DNA of 64,000 nucleotides, from the NCBI GenBank assembly GCA_002842755.1, contig PHDU01000003.1:4414-68413 (forward strand), written 5' to 3'. Each line of letters starts with the position of its first letter. Positions within the stretch are counted from its first letter, which is position 1. This stretch comes from Bacteroidetes bacterium HGW-Bacteroidetes-1. Its GTDB lineage: Bacteria > Bacteroidota > Bacteroidia > Bacteroidales > F082. The notes below the pieces were generated by a model. The model made no database searches. It saw only the letters and a list, made by a program, of their open reading frames with translations, and was not told the DNA's origin. This document shows positions 1 through 9,175 of this stretch, in pieces. A program made the position numbers and the translations under genes.

Positions 1-792
1 TGCAAGTATCCCTGCATTGAAAGCATCGCCGGCACCAATTGTATTTACCACTTTTACAGCCGTCACTTTCTGCTCAAACCGATACTTAGGCGAAAAAAAC
101 TGGATGTTTCCCGATGCTGATGTTACGATGAGAAACTTACAAAAAGAGGGTTGAATCAAATCAAAAATTTTCCCGCTGTCAGAAGTATCGAAAATACTTT
201 GAAAGTCTTCGTTCGACCCTCTGATAATGTCAGCCTGTGAAAAATTGGACTTCAGTCTGTCTAAAGTTATTTGATCCGATTTGTTTACCTTACTTCGAAT
301 ATTGGGATCATAAAACACAATTGATCCGGCTTCCTTTGCTCTTGAAATAAGGGTTTGTAGCACAAACTGTATATCATTCTGCAAAGCAGAAAACGATCCA
401 AAAGCAAAAAAGTCATTGCTGTCAAAGTTGGGCAGATGGCCTTGAAAACGGACTTTAGGATATTGTTTATAAAAAGTATAACTGGCATCCTTGTTCATGT
501 TTAGCTCGGCGAAAGCAAGCGCAGTCAGACCTTCTGAAAAAAGAGAGATGTACGCTGTTCCAATATTTTCCTCTTTCAAAAAACGAAGAATCATTCTTCC
601 GGCCGTGTCATCTCCGAAATCAGAAACAAAATCCGTCGGAATGCCGCAGCGTGTCAACGAAACTAAAGTATTAAAGACCGATCCCCCTGGAATAGCATTC
701 CGGATACTTCCATCCTCAACAATGATGTCGAGCAAGGCTTCTCCAAATCCAACAATTCTTGATTGTGCTTTATTCGAGATAGGTATAACCAT
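1..792 (-). CDS. PfkB-family carbohydrate kinase (N-terminal ~264 codons; the C-terminus runs off the left window edge)
   Basis: Absent from the ORF track because it has no in-window stop. My own minus-strand translation from the ATG at 792 gives MVIPISNKAQSRIVGFGEALLDIIVEDG. Mid-gene (600->541) reads GRMILRFLKEENIGTAYISL. At the edge (60->1) it reads AVKVVNTIGAGDAFNAGILA, which carries the PfkB GAGD motif. All three samples are in the same frame. The start overlaps the speA stop by 23 nt. Confidence 0.75.
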   Translation of the reverse strand, partial: MVIPISNKAQSRIVGFGEALLDIIVEDGSIRNAIPGGSVFNTLVSLTRCGIPTDFVSDFGDDTAGRMILRFLKEENIGTAYISLFSEGLTALAFAELNMNKDASYTFYKQYPKVRFQGHLPNFDSNDFFAFGSFSALQNDIQFVLQTLISRAKEAGSIVFYDPNIRSKVNKSDQITLDRLKSNFSQADIIRGSNEDFQSIFDTSDSGKIFDLIQPSFCKFLIVTSASGNIQFFSPKYRFEQKVTAVKVVNTIGAGDAFNAGILA

Positions 793-2662
793 ATAAGCCT
801 GAACGGTATATTGAAAGAAATTCTTTGCCCTCTTCAGTAGTAATTCTTCCTTGCTTCACGGATGACATTACCCATGTTTCAACAGTGCGCACCAACTTTT
901 TTGAATTGTACTGCACATAATCGAGTACTTCAGCAACGGTTTCTCCATCAATAACCTGATCAATATGATAGCCTTTCGAATCGACAGAAATATGTACAGC
1001 ATTGGTATCACCGAAAAGATTGTGGAGATCGCCTAAAATTTCCTGATATGCTCCTGTCAGAAAAACACCAATGTAATAGGTTTCTTTACTTTTCAGGCTG
1101 TGAACTGGCAAGTGATGAGAAAAATTACGCGTTGAAATAAAATTGTCAATTTTTCCATCGGAGTCGCAGGTGATGTCCTGAATCGTTGCATAACGATCTG
1201 GTTTTTCATCGAGACGATGGATGGGGATGATAGGAAATATCTGGTCAATAGCCCATGAATCAGGCAGTGACTGGAAAAGCGAGAAATTACAAAAATACTT
1301 ATCGGATAAAAGTTTGGGTAAAATCAGAAGCTCTTCAGGAGGCCTTTTCATTTCATTTGCCATTTGTTGGATCTCACGTGCCACCGACCAAAAAAGGCGT
1401 TCAATTTTAGCACGAGTGGTTAAATCGAGCAATCCAAGGCTAAACATATCCAAAGCTTCCTCTCTGATTTGCTGCGCATCATGCCAGGACTCAAGCATTT
1501 TGGTCTGGTTCAGATTTTCCCATGCGGTGTACAATTCGTGAAGCAACTCATGATCATCTTCTTTCACTTCTTCATCATCGTCCCAGGAGGATAAATGGGC
1601 CGATTCGAGAACTTCAAATACCAGAACTGAATGGTGTGCGGTAAGAGACCGTCCTGATTCTGTGATTAGATTCGGATGAGGGATCTCATTTTTATCACTG
1701 GCATCAACCATCGCAAAAGTGGCATCATTCACATATTCCTGAATGCTGTAATTGACACTGCTACCACTATTTGCTGAGCGAGTACCATCGTAATCAACAC
1801 CCAAACCTCCTCCAACGTCAACAAAATCAATATGAAAACCCATTTTATAAACCTGAACATAAAATTGCGCGGCTTCCCTCAATGCAATTTTTATTCGCCT
1901 TATCTTGTTCACCTGACTTCCAATATGAAAGTGGACGAGGCGCAGCGTGTCCTTTAAATTATTTTTTTCGAGAAAATCAAGTGCTTCCAATAATTCACTG
2001 GAAGTCAATCCAAACTTACTTACATCGCCGCCTGAATCCTCCCATTTTCCACTTCCCGAACTCGCCAGTTTGATTCGTATTCCAATATTTGGTTTTAGTT
2101 TGAGTCGTTTGGCAACACGAGTGATGAGTTTTAATTCATTCAATTTTTCCACAACAAGAAAAATGGTTCTGCCCATTTTCTGTGCCAAAAGTGCAAGTTC
2201 AATATAACTTTCGTCTTTGTAACCATTGCAGATAATCAATGAATCATTATCGGTATTGATGGCAAGAACAGTATGTAACTCAGGTTTTGAGCCGGCTTCA
2301 AGGCCAATATTAAATTTTTTTCCATGGCTCACAATTTCTTCTACCACAGGCCTCATCTGGTTCACTTTGATTGGATAAACGATGAAATTTTTGGCTTTAA
2401 ACTCATATTCGGCTGCAGCTATTTTAAAACAAGTATCCATTAACTCAATACGGCTATCGAGAATATCAGGAAACCTTAGCAATACCGGACACGAAACATC
2501 CCTCAATTGCAATTCATCGATTAATTCCTTGACATCCACAGAAGCGCTATCTTTTTTTGGAGTAACAGTGACGTTACCTTTTTCATTGATAGAAAAATAG
2601 TTGATTCCCCAACCGTTGATATTGTATAATTCAACTGAATCCTCAATACGCCATTTTCTCAT
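770..2662 (-). CDS. speA: Biosynthetic arginine decarboxylase
   Basis: 630-aa ORF. The N-terminus MRKWRIEDSVELYNINGWG..YFSINEKGNVTV and its length are typical of SpeA (PLP-dependent Orn/DAP/Arg decarboxylase family 2). Further matches: YPIKVNQ and HFHIGSQ. Confidence 0.9.
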   Translation of the reverse strand: MRKWRIEDSVELYNINGWGINYFSINEKGNVTVTPKKDSASVDVKELIDELQLRDVSCPVLLRFPDILDSRIELMDTCFKIAAAEYEFKAKNFIVYPIKVNQMRPVVEEIVSHGKKFNIGLEAGSKPELHTVLAINTDNDSLIICNGYKDESYIELALLAQKMGRTIFLVVEKLNELKLITRVAKRLKLKPNIGIRIKLASSGSGKWEDSGGDVSKFGLTSSELLEALDFLEKNNLKDTLRLVHFHIGSQVNKIRRIKIALREAAQFYVQVYKMGFHIDFVDVGGGLGVDYDGTRSANSGSSVNYSIQEYVNDATFAMVDASDKNEIPHPNLITESGRSLTAHHSVLVFEVLESAHLSSWDDDEEVKEDDHELLHELYTAWENLNQTKMLESWHDAQQIREEALDMFSLGLLDLTTRAKIERLFWSVAREIQQMANEMKRPPEELLILPKLLSDKYFCNFSLFQSLPDSWAIDQIFPIIPIHRLDEKPDRYATIQDITCDSDGKIDNFISTRNFSHHLPVHSLKSKETYYIGVFLTGAYQEILGDLHNLFGDTNAVHISVDSKGYHIDQVIDGETVAEVLDYVQYNSKKLVRTVETWVMSSVKQGRITTEEGKEFLSIYRSGLYGYTYLE

Positions 2663-2737
2663 AGGGCAAATAAAAATATTAATTGATTAAAAAAAATACG
2701 AGTTGGACGAATTTCAAAATCCCCAATCCTTAAGGCA

Positions 2738-2745
2738 CAAAAATA
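2738..2745 (-). promoter_or_regulatory. Candidate Bacteroidetes sigma-A -7 box (TATTTTTG on the minus strand) upstream of speA
   Basis: The plus strand reads CAAAAATA, the reverse complement of TAnnTTTG. It lies about 76 nt upstream of the speA ATG in a 310-bp AT-rich intergenic region. Confidence 0.35.
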
Positions 2746-2972
2746 TAAAATTAAATTGGTTTTTTAAGCTGTAAAAAAACAACATATATCACTATATATC
2801 AACCCATTGGTACATAGTAAGAAATATTTTAAAAATACCACCTTTAAAAAAGCCGGACTTTATGAAATTCATTGGATTTTAATTCCAATTGCAAGCAATA
2901 ACCTTCCCTATTTTGAGTGCAAAAAAATCAGGAATCGAAAAAATTATTTTAGTTTCAACCGGGACAAGTATC

Positions 2973-3908
2973 TTAATACATCCTGCTTCGCTTGATCATA
3001 TACTCTGTTAGAACCTGATTGTAGCCCTTATGGATGTCAGCTTCGATATAATCGATATGATACTGACCGCAGCGAAGTTTTAATTCATTTTTTCTTTGAA
3101 GTACCGCATCCCGATAGGCTTCCTGAATTTGAACAGGATTCAACCGAATGGTTTCCTTTGTTTCCATATCGATGAATCGATAGGGTCTGTTTTGAAGATC
3201 CAGTTCCTCCTCAATTTTGTGATCCATTACATGAAAAAGTACCACTTCATGTTTATTATAGCGTAAATGTCTCAAAGCAGGAAACATTTCTTCCGCTTTG
3301 GCGGGGTCGTCCATCATATCGCTGAAAATAATAACCAGCGAGCGTTGATGTGTACGTTCAGCAATCAGATGCAATGCTTCAGCCGCAGAAGTACGGACAG
3401 CTTGTTTGCCCTTATCCGGATCAATCAGTTGCTCAAGCTGCTTTATAAGATACTGTTGATGTACCCTGCTTGATCTGGCTCTTGTATGAAAATCGAGTTG
3501 TTGAGAAAAAAAACTCAAACCGACCGCATCACGCTGGTGACGCATTAGTTCCATCAAACTGGCTGCTGCATAAACAGAGAAAATGAGTTTATCTGGTTGT
3601 TCAGGTGATGGTTTCTCCTGATATGGAAAATACATGGATGAAGAATGATCAATAACAAGCTGACAGCGGAGATTGGTTTCTTCCTCAAACTTTTTTACAA
3701 ATAACTTCTCTGTACGGCCAAACAGTTTCCAATCAATATGTCGGATCGATTCGCCGCTATTGTACAAACGATGCTCAGCAAATTCAACGGAAAAACCATG
3801 AAAAGGACTTTTATGAAGACCCGTAATGAAGCCTTCAACAACCTGACGTGCTAATAGCTCAAGACTTCCAAAACGACTTAAGTTGTTCTTTTCAATTAAA
3901 TAGGGCAT
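2973..3908 (-). CDS. DUF58 domain protein (vWA-like, usually MoxR-associated)
   Basis: 311 aa. Motif block SPFHGFSVEFAEHRLYNSGESIRHIDWKLFGRTEKLFVKKFEEETN...VIDHSSSM is characteristic of DUF58. No MoxR ATPase gene is adjacent. Confidence 0.8.
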   Translation of the reverse strand: MPYLIEKNNLSRFGSLELLARQVVEGFITGLHKSPFHGFSVEFAEHRLYNSGESIRHIDWKLFGRTEKLFVKKFEEETNLRCQLVIDHSSSMYFPYQEKPSPEQPDKLIFSVYAAASLMELMRHQRDAVGLSFFSQQLDFHTRARSSRVHQQYLIKQLEQLIDPDKGKQAVRTSAAEALHLIAERTHQRSLVIIFSDMMDDPAKAEEMFPALRHLRYNKHEVVLFHVMDHKIEEELDLQNRPYRFIDMETKETIRLNPVQIQEAYRDAVLQRKNELKLRCGQYHIDYIEADIHKGYNQVLTEYMIKRSRMY

Positions 3909-4100
3909 CGAAACTTTGAATTTTATAAATTATAGTTTGAGAACTGATGTGGACAATGCTCCATAATCCAACACTTCACTCTGGGGTAATATTGACAATA
4001 CTGATCAATAATCAGATGATAAGAAGCTACATTATTAAAAGAAAACCCCGACAATAAGATGATGCCTGTCAAGGTAAAAGCATTTGGAAATTTTATTTCA

Positions 4101-4418
4101 CTATAGAATCGCTTCCAGTTTTTTAACAAGCACTTGTTTAGGCACAGCGCCTACTTGTTTATCAACAACCTTGCCGTCCTTAAAAAATAAAATTGTAGGG
4201 ATATTTCTAATCCCAAACTGTGATGCAGAACTGGGATTGTTATCCACATCCAGTTTTACAACTTTTGCTTTTCCTTCATATTCTCCGCCAATTTCTTCAA
4301 CAATTGGTCCAACCATACGACAAGGACCACACCAAACTGCCCAAAAATCAACGATTACAGGAACTTCTGATTTAAGAACCACTTCCTCAAAAGTGGCATC
4401 GGTAACATTTATTGCCAT
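4101..4418 (-). CDS. trxA: Thioredoxin
   Basis: 105 aa with the canonical [10 protein letters not shown] active site and thioredoxin length. Confidence 0.92.
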   Translation of the reverse strand: MAINVTDATFEEVVLKSEVPVIVDFWAVWCGPCRMVGPIVEEIGGEYEGKAKVVKLDVDNNPSSASQFGIRNIPTILFFKDGKVVDKQVGAVPKQVLVKKLEAIL

Positions 4419-4603
4419 TTCAAAATATTTTTAATATAGATACTTTATTGTTTTACAAAAGTAATCAAAGTGTTGCAAGCATGAAAGGCTTCAGAAAAAA
4501 ATTGTGTCAAACGATTGCATATTCTTATCCATTATTGCCTCTCGTTAAAATAAATGTCTGCATTGATAAGATTGCTTAAAAGCATTATGCAGTAAATAAA
4601 CCA

Positions 4604-7600
4604 TTACCTGAAATCGAATTCAACAAATGGAAACTGATCCAATTCCGCCATCAGTTTGGCAGCATCCACTTTACCTTTCATGGGGCGCAGAAATGTTTTT
4701 GTTTCCAGCTCGGCATCGAAAAGATGAACAGCATAGGTATGCCGCCCTCCTTCGCAATCTTTAATAACATGTATCAATTGTTGCATTTGGTCTTCATCCA
4801 TTTCAGAAACATTGATCCTTATGTGAACCGACTTGGAGGATTGCTCGATCACACTGTCCAGAAGTTGCAGGTCGGTAATTCTGAGTTCTGTTTTTTCTTT
4901 GTCGCGAAACGATGCCTGTGTTGTTGCATTCACCATTACAAAAGTGCCTGGATCGATGAGATATTTAATTTTAAGATATAACTCACTAAATGCTGACAGC
5001 TCGATAGAGGCACTGTGGTCTTCAATTTTAAAGCGGACATAAGGTTTACCTTGCTGACTTGTAAGATGCTCAGCTGAAATGACTTGTCCGGCAAAAGAAA
5101 GCTTATGACCCACTAAATCCTGAATATTATTATTGACCTGTTGAATGTTGGTGTTGGTGAAAAATCGTATGGTAGCCTTATAATTATCCATAGGATGCGC
5201 ACTGATATAAAACCCTATGGATTCCAACTCCATTTGAAGTTCTTTCATTTTCGACCAGGGCTGACATTCCGGAAAAGGGATTTCCTCAACATGAATGGAT
5301 GTCTCTTCGCCAAAAAGATTGATCTGAGCTGAGTTTTTTGCCTCTTGCATCTGACCTGCAAAACGAATGGCCTTTTCCAGAAAAGTCTGACTCTCGTTGT
5401 TGTCCTTGAAGAAAAACTGAGCGCGGTGTATTCCTTCAAATGAGTCGAAAGCTCCAGCTGTGGCAAGAGCTTCTATATTGCGCTTGTTGACAGCTCGCAA
5501 ATTAATACGCGACAGAAAATCAAAGACTGACTTAAAGGCGCCGTTGGCAAGACGTTCTTCGAGAATATTTTTTGCAGCTGCCTCTCCCATATTCTTTATG
5601 GCACCCAGTCCAAAGCGAATCTCCCGCTTGTCATTCACAGTAAATTTATATTCCGATTCATTCACATCAGGGCCCAAAACATTTAATTTCATCCTCTTGC
5701 ATTCTTCCATGAAAAAGGTTACCTGCTTGATATCGCCAATATTATTGCTAAGAACAGAAGCCATATACTCAGCAGAATAATTGGCTTTGAGGTATGCTGT
5801 TTGGAAAGCAATATAGGCATAACAGGTTGAATGCGACTTATTAAAAGCATAATTTGCAAAGGATAGCCAGTCATTCCAGATTTTTTCAAGTATTCGTTTA
5901 TCGTGACCGTTGTTAACTCCACCAGCCACAAACTTCGAATAAAGTTCATCCAGCAACACACGATTTTTCTTTCCCATCGCTTTACGCATTGTATCAGCCT
6001 GACCTCCAGTGAAATCAGAAATTTTTTGGGAAAGCAACATCACCTGCTCCTGATAAACAGTAATTCCATACGTTTCTTCCAATATTTCGCGCATGCAATC
6101 AAGGTCGTAGGTAATCGGTTCAATACCTTGCTTGCGTTTAATATAATTGGGAATATATGCCATCGGCCCAGGGCGGTAAAGCGCATTCATGGCAATAAGA
6201 TCGGTAAAAACGGTTGGTTTAAGATCTCTGAGGTGTTTTTGCATTGGGAAACTCTCATATTGAAAAACCCCTACCGTCTCACCTTTTTGGAAAAGCTCGT
6301 AACTCTTGGTGTCATCCAGCGGAATGGCATCAGGATCGAGCGTAATTTTCCTTCGCTGCTGAATAATTTCTATGGTATCACGAATAAGTGAGAGCGTTTT
6401 AAGTCCGAGAAAGTCGATCTTGAGAAGTCCGGCAGACTCAGCTACTGAATTGTCAAACTGAGTAGCCCATAAACTTGATTCTTTGCTTAGTGTTACCGGC
6501 ACCAGTTCGCGAAGGTCCGTAGGTGTTATCACAATGCCACAAGCGTGAATACCGGTATTTCGCACAAGACCTTCAATGGCAATTGTATTTTTCAGGATAC
6601 GGGCTTCGTCAGATGACTCCTGAGATCTCTTTTTTAAAGATTCGCCAATCTCAATTTGTTCAGGGCGATATTTTTCTTTGAGTTTTTCCGGTGTAAATGT
6701 CAAAAAATCACCAAGCTTGATATTATTCGTTGAAGAAGCCATTTTATTGATGGCAATCTGGTCGTAGTTGAGCGAACGCATTATATCACGAATAGCTGAT
6801 TTGGTTCCCAATGTACCATAAGTAATAATCTGTGCCACTTTATTTTGGCCGTATTTCTGCGTCACATAATCAATGACTTTACCCCTCCCCTCATCGTCAA
6901 AATCAATATCAATATCAGGCATGGTGATACGATCCGGATTAAGAAAACGCTCAAAAAGCAATCCGTAGGTTAGCGGATTGATATTGGTTATACCTGTGCA
7001 ATAAGCCACGAGTGACCCTGCTGCTGATCCGCGCCCCGGACCAACCCAAACGCCCATCCTTCGGGCCTCGTTTATTAAATCCTGTACAATAAGAAAATAA
7101 CCTGGATACTTGGTACGCACAATCGTTTCAAGCTCATAATCGAGTCGTGTCACTATTTCCTCTGTTAGTTCACCAAATCGTTTTCTTGCACCTTCATAAG
7201 TCAGGTGACGCAAGTATGCAATTTCTCCCCTTTTGCCATGATCGATTGCGTCCTCAGAATCGAGAAATGCCTCAGGAATACTAAATTCAGGAAGCATTAT
7301 TGTTCTGTTCAAATCGAATGGTTCAATTTTGTCAATGATCTCACTTACGGTATCAATAGCAACAGGACAATCAGAAAAGAGAGCCCTCATTTCATCTGTT
7401 GACTTGAAATAAAACTCACTGTTTGGAAATCCGTTTCGGAAACCAAAACCTCTTCCAATTGGATCATCTTTCTTTGCATTCTCTTTGATACAAATCAAAA
7501 AGTCGTGTGCCTCAGCATCTTCTTTGTTAAAATAATGGTTGTTGTTCGCAGCAAAATATTTGATTTGATGCTTCTCAGCCATTTGCAGTAAAAAAACATT

Positions 7601-8950
7601 CAAATGGTCTTCTTCATCAATTCCATGCCTGTTAAGTTCTATGTAAAAATCATCACCAAACTGCGCCTTCCACCAAAGCAATGCTTCTTCTGCCTGATGC
7701 TCACCAACATTTAGCAACAGAAAAGGAACCTCACCACTTAAACTCCCTGTTGTAACAATTATATCTTCTTTGTATTTCAACAGAAGGTTTTTATCTACTC
7801 TCGGGACATAATAAAAACCGTCAGTAAATGAAAGCGAGCTTAACATCGACAGGTTTTGATACCCCTTTTTATTCTTTGCAAAAAATGGAATCAGTTGTCC
7901 ATTGTCTTTATTTGTCTTATCTGTATGATCCCTGCAAACATTGATCTCACATCCAAGCACTGCTTTGAGCAATTCAGCGTGTTTTTTCTTGCCATCTTTA
8001 ACTTCATTCAGCTCATTTTCATTGTGTTTCTTTACCTGATTGATGAATGAAAATGCACCCATAAGGTTATTCGTATCGGTAAGTCCTATAGCAGTCATTC
8101 TTTCTTTTGCCGCCCTATTAACCATTTCTGAGATCTCCATGGTAGAGTAGAGAATGGTATAAGTACTATGATTTCTGAGGTGTGCAAAAGGAAACGGTCG
8201 GTCAGTTGTGGTTTTCTTTGCTAAAGAAATATCTCCAGCTGATGCAGGAACGGATTGAACCTCTGGGACTTCGCGGTTGGATTGTACTGCAAGTCCGATA
8301 GCTTTTACAGGATCGGGGTTGGCCAGCCGAAAATCGGTAAAAAAGGATTCCGTTAATTGCTGATTGTCTGTTGGGAAAATATGCAGTCGAAGCAATTCAA
8401 GGAAACAACGTGCGGTTGCCTCAACATCAGCAGAAGCATTGTGTGCATCGCCAAACCCTTCTTGAAAAAGTTTCTTATGCAGTTCTTCAAGGTTGGGGTA
8501 TTTAAATTTTCCGCCACGTCCGCCCTGTATCTGGCAAAAACCTGCTGTTAATTCGGTACAGGTATCCAACCTTGAATGGTCTAGGAGAGAGGTATTCAAA
8601 CCCAACCGAAGGTATTCAGCTCCAAGAATATTACGGTCGAATTCAATATTATGTCCAACAATATACGTTGATTTTGCAAGAGACAAATTAAATTTCTCTA
8701 ATATTTCAGCAAGAGGTTTGCCATTTTGAAGCGCAAACTCAGTCGTGATTCCATGCACTTTGGCAGCATTAAAGGGAATCGTGAAACCTTCGGGTCGTAT
8801 GATATGGTTTTCGGCTTCGATTAGTTCACCTTTTGAACCGTGAATTTGCCATGCTAACTGCACCACACGTGGCCAATTATCAAAATCTGTTAAAGGAGCG
8901 TTTTTATCGCGCGGAAGTCCAGTGGTCTCTGTGTCAAAAACTAAAAACAT
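4604..8950 (-). CDS. dnaE: DNA polymerase III alpha subunit (DnaE-type) with an N-terminal DEDDh 3'-5' exonuclease domain
   Basis: 1448 aa. Residues 1-~190 carry Exo I VFDTETTG, Exo II VGHNIEFDRNIL and Exo III HNASADVEATARCF. The PHP domain then starts at FAHLRNHSTYTILYS. Polymerase core motifs follow (GPGRGSAAGSLVAYC, MPDIDIDF, LLKIDFLGL), then HhH and an OB fold. Confidence 0.9.
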   Translation of the reverse strand: MFLVFDTETTGLPRDKNAPLTDFDNWPRVVQLAWQIHGSKGELIEAENHIIRPEGFTIPFNAAKVHGITTEFALQNGKPLAEILEKFNLSLAKSTYIVGHNIEFDRNILGAEYLRLGLNTSLLDHSRLDTCTELTAGFCQIQGGRGGKFKYPNLEELHKKLFQEGFGDAHNASADVEATARCFLELLRLHIFPTDNQQLTESFFTDFRLANPDPVKAIGLAVQSNREVPEVQSVPASAGDISLAKKTTTDRPFPFAHLRNHSTYTILYSTMEISEMVNRAAKERMTAIGLTDTNNLMGAFSFINQVKKHNENELNEVKDGKKKHAELLKAVLGCEINVCRDHTDKTNKDNGQLIPFFAKNKKGYQNLSMLSSLSFTDGFYYVPRVDKNLLLKYKEDIIVTTGSLSGEVPFLLLNVGEHQAEEALLWWKAQFGDDFYIELNRHGIDEEDHLNVFLLQMAEKHQIKYFAANNNHYFNKEDAEAHDFLICIKENAKKDDPIGRGFGFRNGFPNSEFYFKSTDEMRALFSDCPVAIDTVSEIIDKIEPFDLNRTIMLPEFSIPEAFLDSEDAIDHGKRGEIAYLRHLTYEGARKRFGELTEEIVTRLDYELETIVRTKYPGYFLIVQDLINEARRMGVWVGPGRGSAAGSLVAYCTGITNINPLTYGLLFERFLNPDRITMPDIDIDFDDEGRGKVIDYVTQKYGQNKVAQIITYGTLGTKSAIRDIMRSLNYDQIAINKMASSTNNIKLGDFLTFTPEKLKEKYRPEQIEIGESLKKRSQESSDEARILKNTIAIEGLVRNTGIHACGIVITPTDLRELVPVTLSKESSLWATQFDNSVAESAGLLKIDFLGLKTLSLIRDTIEIIQQRRKITLDPDAIPLDDTKSYELFQKGETVGVFQYESFPMQKHLRDLKPTVFTDLIAMNALYRPGPMAYIPNYIKRKQGIEPITYDLDCMREILEETYGITVYQEQVMLLSQKISDFTGGQADTMRKAMGKKNRVLLDELYSKFVAGGVNNGHDKRILEKIWNDWLSFANYAFNKSHSTCYAYIAFQTAYLKANYSAEYMASVLSNNIGDIKQVTFFMEECKRMKLNVLGPDVNESEYKFTVNDKREIRFGLGAIKNMGEAAAKNILEERLANGAFKSVFDFLSRINLRAVNKRNIEALATAGAFDSFEGIHRAQFFFKDNNESQTFLEKAIRFAGQMQEAKNSAQINLFGEETSIHVEEIPFPECQPWSKMKELQMELESIGFYISAHPMDNYKATIRFFTNTNIQQVNNNIQDLVGHKLSFAGQVISAEHLTSQQGKPYVRFKIEDHSASIELSAFSELYLKIKYLIDPGTFVMVNATTQASFRDKEKTELRITDLQLLDSVIEQSSKSVHIRINVSEMDEDQMQQLIHVIKDCEGGRHTYAVHLFDAELETKTFLRPMKGKVDAAKLMAELDQFPFVEFDFR

Positions 8951-9175
8951 TAAGAAATCTTTTTAAAATATTGTATTATAGATAGTTAACTATTAACCCT
9001 CATGCTTACAAAGATATTTTAAAAAGATGAAATAGAAGTCCAATGTTTAAAACTTATGATAATCTAATTTCATAAGTCTGGCCCGGCACTACTATTCATG
9101 CTCATTTTTTACAACACATCATTTTTAAGAAAAAGTATATTTGGCACTTAAACAACAGACATTCAGGCTGCAATT

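Noticed and set aside
2973-3908. DUF58 gene without an adjacent MoxR ATPase or Bat/vWA genes, considered as a possible fragment of an aerotolerance (Bat) operon
   Set aside because: The ORF is intact and its neighbours (trxA, speA) are intact housekeeping genes. MoxR and the Bat genes may simply be encoded elsewhere, so this is not anomalous enough to flag.
3923-4129. 68-aa minus-strand ORF between trxA and the DUF58 gene
   Set aside because: It overlaps the 3' end of trxA by 29 nt, has no recognisable motif, and its composition is typical of AT-rich non-coding sequence. I cannot exclude a small protein.
4240-4248. Perfect DnaA-box consensus TTATCCACA
   Set aside because: It is a single copy inside the trxA coding sequence. 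I saw no cluster of boxes or AT-rich unwinding element nearby, so it is most likely chance.
5903-6391. 162-aa plus-strand ORF, and many similar 60-146-aa ORFs (e.g. 1221-1541, 10949-11389, 13607-14014, 37968-38375, 42161-42505, 50681-51070, 54517-54873)
   Set aside because: All lie antisense to, or frame-shifted within, long ORFs with clear family motifs. They have low-complexity, non-protein-like composition and are shadow ORFs.
8982-8993. Perfect 12-bp palindrome ATAGTTAACTAT about 35 nt upstream of the dnaE start
   Set aside because: Perfect 12-bp palindromes are expected by chance several times in 64 kb of AT-rich DNA. There is no second copy or known operator match.
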